Below, piece after piece: positions 25,918 through 37,807 of a stretch of DNA of 64,000 nucleotides; position 1 is the first letter of the stretch, and every line of letters begins with the position of its first letter. The notes beneath the pieces are model-generated. The model did not search any database and was not told the origin of the DNA. It saw only the letters and a program-made list of their open reading frames with translations. The position numbers and the translations under genes were made by a program. The DNA is from Amphiscolops sp. MND2022 (lineage: Eukaryota): positions 35,404,001-35,468,000 of the forward strand of contig OZ076409.1 in assembly GCA_964187785.1 (NCBI GenBank). The letters are read 5' to 3'.

Positions 25918-27331
25918 AAGTTTTTCACGTGCTTGAAACGTACGTGTTTTTTGGAGGAAGTCTTAGTGTAGAAAAACCCTGATCAAGTTTGTTCTGCTAG
26001 AAAAACCCTGATCAAGTTTGTTCTGCACAACATAAAAACATCGAAACGGGAAACTCACCTGATTCCGGAAGTGATGGCTGATGAAGTTGTTTCTCTTTTC
26101 AGGAAATTAAGATAAGACGTTTCTGAACAGACAAGATAAACAAAGAAAATCAGGCGAGCATTTGTGGATATCGTGAATGTGACACAGAATGGCCAGAAGG
26201 GACAATAAAGAGGCAACTAAAATGCTTTTTGAATGACAAATGACCGATGGAATACTGAAACTATAAAATAAAGTAACAATAAGGGGCAATATGAAACAAC
26301 AATACAATAAATCAGCCAAAACTGAAACAATTGAAGTATTTAGAGGGAGAGATTAAGTTGATTGAAGTGTTGATAGTAAATTTAGACAATTGAGCAAATC
26401 TTAAGGCAATTGAGTACGACTGTATAGCAGTGTAAAGGCAATGTATGAGGTGATGGAGTGATTTGATTTCGACCAATCAAATTCGAGCATTCAAAATTAC
26501 GATAACGTTTCTTTCAACGATTTGAATGTTCCCGGCAATGAGCGAATGGACAAACGAATACAATGTAGACAAGGCGTGAACAAATTAGAATGGGTAATTG
26601 AAGTTCAATTAAATGTACACGCTTAGTCTGCCAGCTAATGCACTTCAATTTGTCCATCCAATGTTTATTTAGACACAATTGGACAAAGAAAAATACAGAA
26701 AGAAAATCGAATATATAAAATGAATAAATATATATTTCGACATAAAGATTAAATTTTAGTAGATTAGAACATGAAAAATTATAATTTTATCAAAGGCATA
26801 CGATTGGCTTAGAGTAGTAGTGAGGTAACTTGAAAACAAAGTTTAATTATCCACTGAGGTGAAGATGAGTGGTAAAGAACTGAATTGGTTGGCGTACGTC
26901 ATGGAGAAACAGCTGTAACAATGGAAATTTTCTATTAAATCCGAAAAGGGAGGTTCTAAATACATCTAGGGATTCCAAAAATTGATATGTACACATGCAA
27001 GATTGTTCAATGGAAAGTTGTTTTGTTTTCGATTTTTGTATTTTTTTGTAAAAATTTTTTGATCAGTTATTGGCGTACGTCATAGAGTTTTCGATTTTTG
27101 TGTTTTTTCGTAATAAAAATTTTTGACCAGTTATTGGCGTACGTCTTAGAGAAACAACTGGAGCACTGGTAAATTTAAGTGGTAAACACCTTTAGGATTT
27201 GCACTTGAATAAGTTATCCCCAGAGATATGATACATTGGATATTTCACTAGAGCAAATGAAATGTCATTGGTTGTACGTATACCAGAATAATAATTATTA
27301 CTCTGGTATATTTGAACTGTAGTATCTGGTA

Positions 27332-27385
27332 AATTTGAATTGTAGTATCCAATGTATTAATACATTGGATACTACAATTCAAATT
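27332..27385. repeat. Perfect 54-bp palindrome without loop
   Basis: aatttgaattgtagtatccaatgtatt|aatacattggatactacaattcaaatt. Confidence 0.95.
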
Positions 27386-28198
27386 AGGAATTCTAATATT
27401 CAAAAGTTTTGTAAGGAAGCTTATTTTCAACAAAATTCAAGTAAGAGTAATAGGATTTATAATACAAAGTGTCAAAAAAACTTGTTTTGAGTTTTAAGAA
27501 AACTTATTATGCGGGGGGAAACTTTCTGAGGCATTTGTATGCGGATTATACATACATCTGGAATATACATATAAGGAATTCTGGAAACTATCAAAACTAA
27601 GGAAACTTGATGCAAATATAATGCATTAACAAGTGGAAAATGTATCAGTAATACTTATACTTCAATGCATATTGGCTCATAAGGAAAAACTCAGACACGT
27701 ACATTTACGCGCACTCTGAAAGTTGTATCTTGTAATGTTGTGAAAATTTGCAATTGAGATATAAAATTTGTTCACACTATTTTTCCTTATGAAGTAACTC
27801 GTTTTTGACAGCTTCTTTTTTTTGAGTCACAGATCAATTTTGTAGTTAAAATGTCGAAGTTCGGATTCAACAGACCAGTTGGACGATTTTTTTTTCATTT
27901 TGTGTTTTAAAACTTCACATTTGCAGCTAATGTTAGCACTATTTTCTTTATTGTTACTAATTATGAAGTGAATTGAAGAACTTGTACATCCAATTCAGTC
28001 CAACTGACCCATGGTTTTTTTCAAAAAAGCAATACGCCCCGGGATTTTGACGCGAGAAGCATGCGATAAATGTGTAGGGTGTCACGTTTTCTGTACCTTT
28101 CTGATACATTCCCCGTATGTCACTTGAACGTAACTTGGTTTTAATAAGGGGCATCTCATCGAAGCTTCTTCTTTTTCAGATCTTGATTTGATTTCCAG

Positions 28199-30735
28199 AT
28201 GAAGAAAGCTGCGAGTCAACCTTCAACTCAAAGTCGGAGTTCCCGGTGAGCCGCATGAAATTTTCGGAGACTGTTTAGATTGTGCATATATATGCTAATC
28301 GTTCAGGCAAAAAGAAAATCCGTTAAGTTTTTCGAATTGTTGGTCACACGCAAAAAACCTTCGCTCAGTGACGAGACTTTGATTCTTCAACTTTTTTTAT
28401 TCTAGCAGGAGATAAAACGGGATTTTCTGGTACTCGATATCCGATAAATCATTTTATACAAACATTTCAACAAATAGTATGTTTCAGACTGGCTGAGTTA
28501 CGAAGACTGGAGAGCGAGAACTTCGCTCTTCCTAGTGATTATACATTCCTCTTCTATTTCGAGCGCGAGAAGAAATTTATGTCCATTAATTGTCAATCTG
28601 GCTTCTGGAAAAAGGATTTCACCACTGCCAAAAAAATTGCTCTGGAGAAAGGCACTTATGTTGCTTTCAACAGCATTGGTACTGGCCAATTTCTTTGCAA
28701 GGGACCAGTTTTTCTTCTGGAGGCTGTTGCAAAGCATGTTGACGACAAAGTAGATGCTGGCTTTGACCTCGAAACGCTAGATATTACCATTGCCATGGAG
28801 GAAGCAAAAGACCAGCTAGAAAATCGAGAAGAAGAAGAAGAAGAAGAAGAAGGGGAAGAAGCAGAAGAAGTTGAAAATGAAGATATCAACACAACTTTCC
28901 TCCAAGTTAATAAAGCGCCCATTGAAAGGAATACTTCCCAGGAGATTTTCGACAACGATAATCCCCCAGTTGAGCCACATTTGGAGACACCCACAGCCTC
29001 AACCTCCAAAACGTGCCCAACTTGTAACCAATATCTGGATCACAAAAAACAGGTCTTTGGTTTTTGTTTCATTTGATTGCCGAAAAAAAAACAAAACAGT
29101 AATTTTCTTTTTCTTAAATTACTAAGGTCTTACTGTATACATTCATTATTTTGCTCATGTATATTTTTTAAAGAAGATGGATGCTGCTTTATTCGTGTAT
29201 TTTTAAAACATTTTTCTTTGATCCTGACATGAAAACAAGTTCTTCAACGATATTTATAACTAAAAATTAGTCTAAAAACGTAAATTCAAAAAGCAATAAA
29301 TCGTCTCATTTTGAAGGGCGACAATTCGTCCCAATTTGAAAAGGTGACAATTTGTCCCATTTGTATAAGGCAACAATTTGTCCCAATTTGTTCAGTTGAT
29401 CGGCAAATTTGAAGATTGAAATTGAAGAATTGAACAAAAAAAACTACAATTGATTGCATTTAAACAAAAAATTACATTACATTCAGGACCTATTGATTGG
29501 TGTTACTTGTTGGTACCTGCCTCCAAATGGAATAGATCTGGTTACTTTATTGCAAAGGTATTGATTGGCCATTAAACTGGGAACGAAGTGACGTTTTTAT
29601 TGTAGGGGACGATTTCAAGCTTATTGTCAGGTTAATCGTATCAACAGTTCAATTTTGCTCAGATAATATCCGTTGATGTTATTTAAAATTACAATCGTTG
29701 TTTTACGTTTGAGGCTTTATTTTTTCCTCAACCTAAGTGATTATGTTTAGAGAGAGGCGTGGGACAGGTTTACTCACTTGCTAACACGGCTAGAAAGTCG
29801 TTTGGATAGGGCGGCGGACATTCAGGAGGAGTCTCTAAAGTTTGCCCGAAAAGCTTTGAAAGAATTCAACTCTCTTTCAGCCATGTCAAGTCAAAGTTCG
29901 TTGAACGACGCTACTGGAAGCCAAACCTCTAATCCTTCAGGCAGGGGTGTTCAATATTTTTTTTTTCAAATTTTATTATTGCCTAAAACCTAATATATTT
30001 TCAGGGAGGACAAAATAAAAATTTTATTATTTTTATTGCTAAAATAATCATTTGTATACTCAGCGAAAAACGGATATCAACAAAAACTTAAACCGGCCAT
30101 CCATAATCAACCAAAACGCGTTGACAGGGCTTTTTTCTTGGACCCTAGGTATTTGACAAAGGTATTTCCAGAAACTAGCTCAAATTTTCAGTATTTTTGA
30201 ATTTCATTGGCTGACGAAATGTTGAATCGAACGATCTTATTTTTAGTTATCTCAAGAAAAATTACTTTTATTCTAAAAGGTCCAAAAACAATTTTGATTC
30301 ATTAGAGCTCTAATTATTAAGTTCTAATATTACGCTAGCGTAAAAATAATTTTTTTTTATTTATTATAATTATTTCTACCCAAAATTATTTTTTGAACAC
30401 GCCTGCCTTCAGGAGAAGAAGTGATGTTCAATGGTTTAAATCTTACCAATTTGGGGGGCGATACTCCTGCTCAGAAGACCAAAAACATTGCTTTGGCCTT
30501 GTTCACGACTGACGAGCTGGGAAAAGTGGTTATTGACCCCAGAAAATCGCTGAATAATTGTTCTCAGCGAGTGCCAGCCGACGAATATCGGACGGAATTG
30601 TACAGGAAAGCTGTACGCGTAGCTTTAGGTCAGCATTTTACGACCGACCTGTACAGAAATACACTACGTCTTGTGAACCAGATGGGAGTGGACAAAAGTG
30701 CCAAGCCGAAACAAAACAAACTCGAAAAGAATTAA
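28199..30735 (+). CDS. Spliced ~375-aa BEN-domain-like protein (acidic region, CxxC, coiled coil, C-terminal BEN-like domain)
   Basis: Exons 28199-28245, 28488-29052, 29751-~29946 and 30413-30735, phases 2,0,1, no stops. The C-terminus LNLTNLGGDTPAQKTKNIALALFTTDEL...RVPADEYRTELYRKAV...TLRLVNQM fits the BEN pattern (LF..xEL, R..xD..R, terminal I/VN helix). Confidence 0.65.
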
Positions 30736-31039
30736 TCTTGAAACTTTTGTCAATATTTCCGAAAACTTTGTCCGTATTTATTCTTGACATATGAACTTTG
30801 CATTAAACTTCCTGTTGTTGACAACATTTGAAACACTTTTGGGCATTTTCTACTCGAGCGGATCGTTGAAAAGTTATATGTTCAATGTTCGATTCAATGA
30901 GTGTACTTATTATTATTAGTACAAAAGATGTCTAATACGAGTTTCCTACGAAAGTAGTTGTGTTTTGCGCAGAGAATTTGCATTTTCCCACTCGAATGAC
31001 TTTTGCAACAATTGATTTAAAGATGAAACTTTTTCAGAT

Positions 31040-31814
31040 ATGTTTGCGGATGCTGAAACGGTTAACAACCTGATGACCAGAATTGAAAAACTGGAGGAGA
31101 CCTTGGTTCGATTCGATACCATTGAGATAGAATATAGGAACACCATGCTCAAAATCTACCAGCATTTCAGGTTGCAGGTTAGCAACAATCTTCAAAATCA
31201 ATCTTGTCTTTGGAAAAAGAATTTCTGAACTTTTGATTCAAAAAACGCAACTAGAGAAATTTCAATTGCTCTAGAGTTAGTCTCAAACTATTGAAAGAGT
31301 TTAAACTAGAACAATTGTTACTAGAATGAAGATCGCGCGAAAGCATCACAGCTGAAAGACGTTACCGAAGAACTGTGGTACAATTCAAACAATTTGTTGG
31401 AGTATCAATGTGACAGAACGGACTATCGGAAAGTCGGGAGAGTTCTCGTCAAAAAAATTTACTCAAAAGAAGAAAGACAGCAGTACAGCTTTTCTCCGAG
31501 GAAGCGAGCACCAATGGAAAAATTCCAGCGAGAACCCGCAACTGCTGAAAGTCTTGAAGCATTCAAAGGTGAGCTACAACTTTTCCCGTTGTGTTTAGTT
31601 TCTGTCTCCGACTTAACAGTATATACTGTATAGTATATACTTTAGAGTTAGTAAAAACTCATGTCCCAATATTTTCTATTTTCTCTAGGGTTGATTTTAT
31701 CATTGCTCTAACTTCGAAGTTAGACCGATGATAAAATCACCCGTGCAGAAGATAGAAAATTTTGGAAATTGAACTTTGTGTCTCTAATATCCCGAGAAAA
31801 AAAGGAATTTGAAT
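31040..31814 (+). pseudogene. Second coiled-coil plus BEN-like gene, last exon with in-frame stops
   Basis: Exons 31040-31177, 31325-31568 and ~31689-31814. Motifs: DYRKVGRVLVKKIYSKEE..SFSPRK..REPA; FWKLNFVSLISREKK. TAA and TAG interrupt the last exon. Confidence 0.5.
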
Positions 31815-31884
31815 GAAGATGGGAAAACGAAAAAGAGCCGATGTTTAAAGCGTTTTGGTCAATTGGCCTTTTTAGTTTGTGTGC

Positions 31885-32072
31885 TCGGGTCCTTTCGCAG
31901 TTAGCGGTATGAATAAATCTCGGTTGGACCGCCGCATGAAAGATGATCGACAACAGCTGCCCCTCTATTTCTAGCCTGACAGGCAGACTACTGTTGTGAT
32001 TACTTTTTGTGAGAGATCAGGTACGGTCCAGCCGAGCGGAGAAAATACTCTCCTTCCATGAAATGATCAATT
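31885..32072 (-). repeat. Diverged inverted copy of the ~200-nt structured module
   Basis: Reverse complement reads ggaaggagagtattttctccgctcggctggaccgtacctg...caggctagaaatagagg...cggtccaaccgaga. Confidence 0.9.
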
Positions 32073-32709
32073 GGAGTTTGTTCTATATCTATTTTTTGTT
32101 CGAAAAATATTGGTTCAGCGCAGAATGTCAAATGTGGTATTGGTTTGCGTGCAATACATGTATTTAAAACAAATGAGAAAACTTTTACATATATTTATTT
32201 TTTTTATAGAAAAGCAACCATTTCCCCCCGAAACCTTGGTTTTCCAATCCACACTGCATGGAAATCAAACGCTAGGTGTAACGCGGATTATATTATCAGT
32301 AATTCATTGTATGCTGTTCTGCGCTATTGAACAAGCCTTCCTAATTGATGCTACGTACCGGTAGCAAGCAAACAGTACCAGTAGCTAGCATACTTGTTAA
32401 TTAAGTTTGTTTACAAGTACATACAAGTACAGTAGCGTTGTAAACTATAGCAACTCCAATGCTCAAAATTGCAAAGTTCAAGTCCAAGTTTTTTAAAGAC
32501 TGACACAAACACGAAAATATGTCAGCTACAAAAAGTTCTTACAATTTCATCTAGTTTACAAAAAAGTTTGTTTGAAAATTTTGTGACAAAAATTACAAAA
32601 ATTAGAAATTGTAAATTAATCAGTCAAAATTTTGACAGTTCAATCAAACTTGTACATTTTTTGGAGTTTCACAAAGTTGAAAGAATAATTTTGAAAAATT
32701 TTTAGTCTA

Positions 32710-34449
32710 TCATTTTTTTTCGTTTTTAGTTCTTATTTCATCCGCATTTGGAATGTTTTCATTTCTGTGACGCTTTTTGGACAAATCCGGGACCCGTTGA
32801 TTTTCAATTGTTTTTACTTTAATTTTCATCGGCATTTGGAATGTTTTCATTCCTGTGACGCTTTTTGGACAAATCCGGGACCCGTTGATTTTCAATCGTT
32901 TTCACTTTTATTTTCATCCTGATTTGGAATGTTTTCATTCCTGTGACGCTTTTTGGACATATAAAAATAAAGGTAAAAACGAATCGAAATCAACGTGTCT
33001 CGGATTTGTCCGAAAACCCTGGTCGAGAAAAATGCGTTCCTTGCAAGGATCTTGCAAGATCCTTGTAAAAATGCAATTACTTGTAAGATCTTGCAAGGAA
33101 ATTTGTTCCTTGCAAGATGTTGCAAGGAAATGTTTTCCTTGAAAGATCTTGCAAGGAAATGTTTTCTTGAAAGATCTGGCAAGGAAATGCTTTCCTTGCA
33201 AGATTCTTGAGTTCAATGTACTTCATACTGAGAAATTATGTTAACGTAGTTGTGATTTGAGAATAATGTCAAAAACGTTAATAACTATTATTTCAGAAGG
33301 GTAATTTAACAAATTGAAAAATAATTTCAATCGAAATATTATGCACAGTCTAATTTCAAATCAATAACTGGTAAATAACACAATTGGTTGGAAAAATTTT
33401 CAGAATACTCTGAAACTGTATTTTAAATGTTGCGTCACTGAAATGTACTACTATTTTTCAAATAACTTCACTATCACACTTTTAGAGATAGTTTCTACAG
33501 TTTGCATCTTTTTGGTGGTTGAATCCTCTAGTTAGTAAACCCCGTTCTGTGACAGAATCTAAAAGTCACGATGCAGTAGTCAACTTGAAGTCAAAAACAA
33601 AGAATATAAAAAACAAAAAAAATTGTCGGGAACCTTCCACGAAGTTTTTCTCCTTGGAAGAATATTGCAAGGAATTTTTTTTCTTGCAAGATACTTGCAA
33701 GATGTCTTGCAGAAAAATGCATTATCTTGTAAGACCTTGAAAGAAAATCTTGCAAGATCCTTGCAAGGAACGCATTTTTTTCTACCAGGGAAGCGTCACA
33801 GGATTTAAAACATTCCAAATGCGGATAAAAATAAAAGTAAAAACGAATGAAAATCAACATGCCTCGGATTTGTTCAAAAAGCGTCAAATTAATGAAATTA
33901 TTCCAAATGCGGATGAAAAGGAAATTAGAAACGAATAAAGTCAACGTGTCTCGGATTTGTCCGAAAAGCGTCACAGAAATAAAAACATTCCAAATGCGGA
34001 TAAAAATAAAGGTAAAAACGAATGGGAATCAACGTGTCTCGGATTTGTCCAAAAAGCATCAATGAAATGAAACCAATCGAAATGCGTATGAAAATGAAAG
34101 TAAGAACTAATGAAAATCAAAGTGTCTCGGATTTGTCCAAAAAGCGTCAAAGGAATGAAAATCTTCCAAATGCGGATGAAAATAAAAGGGAAACGTTTGA
34201 AAATAAACGTGTCTCGGATTTGTCCAAAACGCGTCACAGGAATTAAAACATTCCAAACGCGGATAAAAATGAAGGTAAAAACGAATGAAACTCAAGGTGT
34301 CTCGGATTTGTCCAAAAAGCATCAAAGAAATAAAAACAATGGAAATGCGTATGAAAATGAAAGTAAAAACAATGAAAATCAACGTGTCTCGGATTTGTCC
34401 GAAAAGCGTGACAGGAATGAAAACATTCCAAAAGCGGATGAAATTAAAA
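32710..34449. repeat. 88-bp satellite; orientation switches near 32960; interrupted by a MITE
   Basis: Minus-orientation units at 32710-32960; plus-orientation units at 32960-33016 and 33791-34449. Confidence 0.9.
33017..33790. mobile_element. CCC...GGG non-autonomous DNA transposon with 2-bp TSD (CMC/EnSpm-like)
   Basis: ~45-bp TIR ccctggt..aaaaatgcgttccttgcaaggatcttgcaagat; CTTGCAAG subterminal repeats. Inserted in a satellite unit (gtccgaaaa|...|aagcgtcac), implying an AA duplication. Confidence 0.85.
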
Positions 34450-37299
34450 TTGTTCATTTCTTTGGAAGGAGAGTTGCTTCTCCGCTCGGCTGGACCGTAC
34501 CTGAATTCTCACAAAAAGTGATCACATCAGCAGTCTGCCTGCCAGGCTAGAAAGAGAGGAGCAGCTGTTGTAGATCACCCTTCATGCAGCGGTCCAACCG
34601 AGACTAATTTATATTGGTAACTGCGAAAGCTGTTACCATGCTAGAACACTGTATGATACGGCAAATCGACTGAATGCTACAACAAACCTTGGTTGGGTGT
34701 TTTTCAACCACAGTCAATTGTCCGTACTTTTGTTCGTATCAGTTGACAGTTAATGTTACTAAATATGTATTGACAAGATGTTGCTTAAGCAGTTTTCAGG
34801 GTCGACAAGTAAATCGTTTTACTTCCAGATTTTACATGTTTTTGTTTTCTTTTTGCATAATGACTACGTTATACCAATTGAAGACAAATTCTTTATCAGT
34901 AAGTAAATAGGAAACTACATGTAGTTGAATGGCTTTCCTGCTTGGCGTATTGGACTAGCAGTCCAAAGAACTAGTATACAGCCAATCACAGTGCAGTAAT
35001 CACTTCGTATAAATATTTAGTCTGGCTAACTGAATGCAGACAAATAGGACATGCGCCGGAAACAGCAACAAACAAATATTTTTCCACAAAAACTTTACAC
35101 TAGTTCAAGTAAAAGTAAAACCTCTTTCATAATGGGACTATAACGTCTATTTTTAAAACAGTTTTTTTGCTTGAACAAAACGTTTTTCATACATTTTGAC
35201 TATGAATATATTCGTAAAAAGTGTTTATTGATGACTCAAAACAGGAAGCTGTTGATTTCTTCATCAAAAATGCGTGACTACTTTGGGAGAAAGTGTGAAC
35301 AAAGTCCGTATCTCATTTCCAAACTGTCATCCTGAGAATATACTTAAAATTGAAGCATTCTGGCTCGTATTCAAGTATTTTTAAATCAGATTTTCATTAA
35401 TTTTACAAACAAACTGGCGGTGGGGGAAAACAGAAAAAAGCCGACGAGACATCACATTGTAACAATATTGAAACTTTTCAATGGCTCAACTTATAGGCTT
35501 GAACAAAGTATAATTCATACCTGGTTCATTAACAGTATGTATTTTTCTACGCAGGTGCTGTTCGAATTCTCTGTGGCACCAGCAGTTATGCCTACCTGAG
35601 AGCAAAGGATGGTGCAAATCAAGTTGGACTGGAAGAGCGATACGAGGAAATAAATAAAGGTAAAAACGAATGGGAATCAACGTGTCTCGGATTTGTCCAA
35701 AAAGCATCAATGAAATGAAACCAATCGAAATGCGTATGAAAATGAAAGTAAGAACTAATGAAAATCAAAGTGTCTCGGATTTGTCCAAAAAGCGTCAAAG
35801 GAATGAAAATCTTCCAAATGCGGATGAAAATAAAAGGAAAAACGATTGAAAATAAACGTGTCTCGGATTTGTCCAAAACGCGTCACAGGAATTAAAACAT
35901 TCCAAACGCGGATAAAAATGAAGGTAAAAACGAATGAAACTCAAGGTGTCTCGGATTTGTCCAAAAAGCATCAAAGAAATAAAAACAATGGAAATGCGTA
36001 TGAAAATGAAAGTAAAAACAATGAAAATCAACGTGTCTCGGATTTGTCCGAAAAGCGTGACAGGAATGAAAACATTCCAAAAGCGGATGAAATTAAAATT
36101 GTTCATTTCTTTGGAAGGAGAGTTGCTTCTCCGCTCGGCTGGACCGTACCTGAATTCTCACAAAAAGTGATCACATCAGCAGTCTGCCTGCCAGGCTAGA
36201 AATAGAGGAGCAGCTGTTGTAGATCACCCTTCATGCAGCCGTCCAACCGAGACTAATTTATATTGGTAACTGCGAAAGCTGTTACCATGCTAGAACACTG
36301 TATGATACGGCAAATCGACTGAATGCTACAACAAATCTTGGTTGGGTGTTTTTCAACCACAGTCAATTGTCCGTACTTTTGTTCGTATCAGTTGACAGTT
36401 AATGTTACTAAATATGTATTGACAAGATGTTGCTTAAGCAGTTTTCAGGGTCGACAAGTAAATCGTTTTACTTCCAGATTTTACATGTTTTTGTTTTCTT
36501 TTTGCATAATGACTACGTTATACCAATTGAAGACAAATTCTTTATCAGTAAGTAAATAGGAAACTACATGTAGTTGAATGGCTTTCCTGCTTGGCGTATT
36601 GGACTAGCAGTCCAAAGAACTAGTATACAGCCAATCACAGTGCAGTAATCACTTCGTATAAATGTTTAGTCTGGCTAACTGAATGCAGACAAATAGGACA
36701 TGCGCCGGAAACAGCAACAAACAAATATTTTTCCACAAAAACTTTACACTAGTTCAAGTAAAAGTAAAACCTCTTTCATAATGGGACTATAACGTCTATT
36801 TTTAAAACAGTTTTTTGCTTGAACAAAACGTTTTTCATACATTTTGACTATGAATATATTCGTAAAAAGTGTTTATTGATGACTCAAAACAGGAAGCTGT
36901 TGATTTCTTCATCAAAAATGCGTGACTACTTTGGGAGAAAGTGTGAACAAAGTCCTTATCTCATTTCCAAACTGTCATCCTGAGAATATACCTAAAATTG
37001 AAGCATTCTGGCTCGTATTCAAGTATTTTTAAATCAGATTTTCATTAATTTTACAAACAAACTGGCGGCGGGGGAAAACAGAAAAAAGCCGACGAGACAT
37101 CACATTGTAACAATATTGAAACTTTTCAATGGCTCAACTTATAGGCTCGAACAAATTATAATTCATACCTGGTTCAATAACAGTATGTATTTTTCTACGC
37201 AGGTGCTGTTCGAATTCTCTGTGGCACCAGCAGTTATGCCTATCTGAGAGCAAAGGATGGTGCAAATCAAGTTGGACTGGAAGAGCGATACGAGGAAAT
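34004..37299 (+). repeat. Near-identical 1,648-bp tandem duplication
   Basis: 34004-35651 repeated at 35652-37299 (same offset at both ends). Each unit holds satellite, the structured module and a partial Merlin-like MITE. Confidence 0.92.
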
Positions 37300-37464
37300 G
37301 ATGAAAACTAAAACTCCAAACATTAAATGCTCTGAATTTTGAAATATTCGCATTTTGTTTTAGCATTTGCGGGAAAGAAAATCAATTTTACGCATGTTTT
37401 TTTTGCAAAATGCAGAAAAATTAGGATTTATATTTTCTTTTAGCGCGTTGCCATTCTCTATAGC

Positions 37465-37589
37465 CAGGGCTGGGTAAAATACAATAAGTGATTACAATAT
37501 TTGCAATAATTGTGGAAGCAAAAAATGATAATTGCAATAACTGTGTACAATGGTAAAAATTGAGAGAATATTGATTGTACCCAGCCCTG
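37465..37589. mobile_element. 125-bp hAT MITE
   Basis: TIR cagggctgggta; TSD tctatagc/gctatagc (7/8). Confidence 0.85.
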
Positions 37590-37807
37590 GCTATAGCACT
37601 ATCTTTTCTGATAAGGAAAAAAGTGCTCTAATTTTTCCGCATTGGAAAACTTTGGCTTTGAGCCCCTTCCCTGTGTTGAGAAAAAGAAAGAACTAAATAG
37701 GAAATACCGCATAGGGTACTTTCCGTTGAGAAAAAGAATTATTTTATCAACTTTGCTCCGAATTTGTCACGGTTCTTATTAGCTCAGCTGTAAGTTTGTT
37801 TTCAGAG

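Noticed and set aside
32710..36199. Numerous 60-150-aa ORFs (SRICPK / FGQIRDT repeats)
   Set aside because: These are translations of the satellite and CTTGCAAG arrays, not genes.
36180..36220. Calling the structured module SRP/7SL RNA
   Set aside because: The conserved AGCA strand of helix 8 reads AGGA/AGGG, and no helix 6 or Alu domain is recognisable; kept only as a resemblance.
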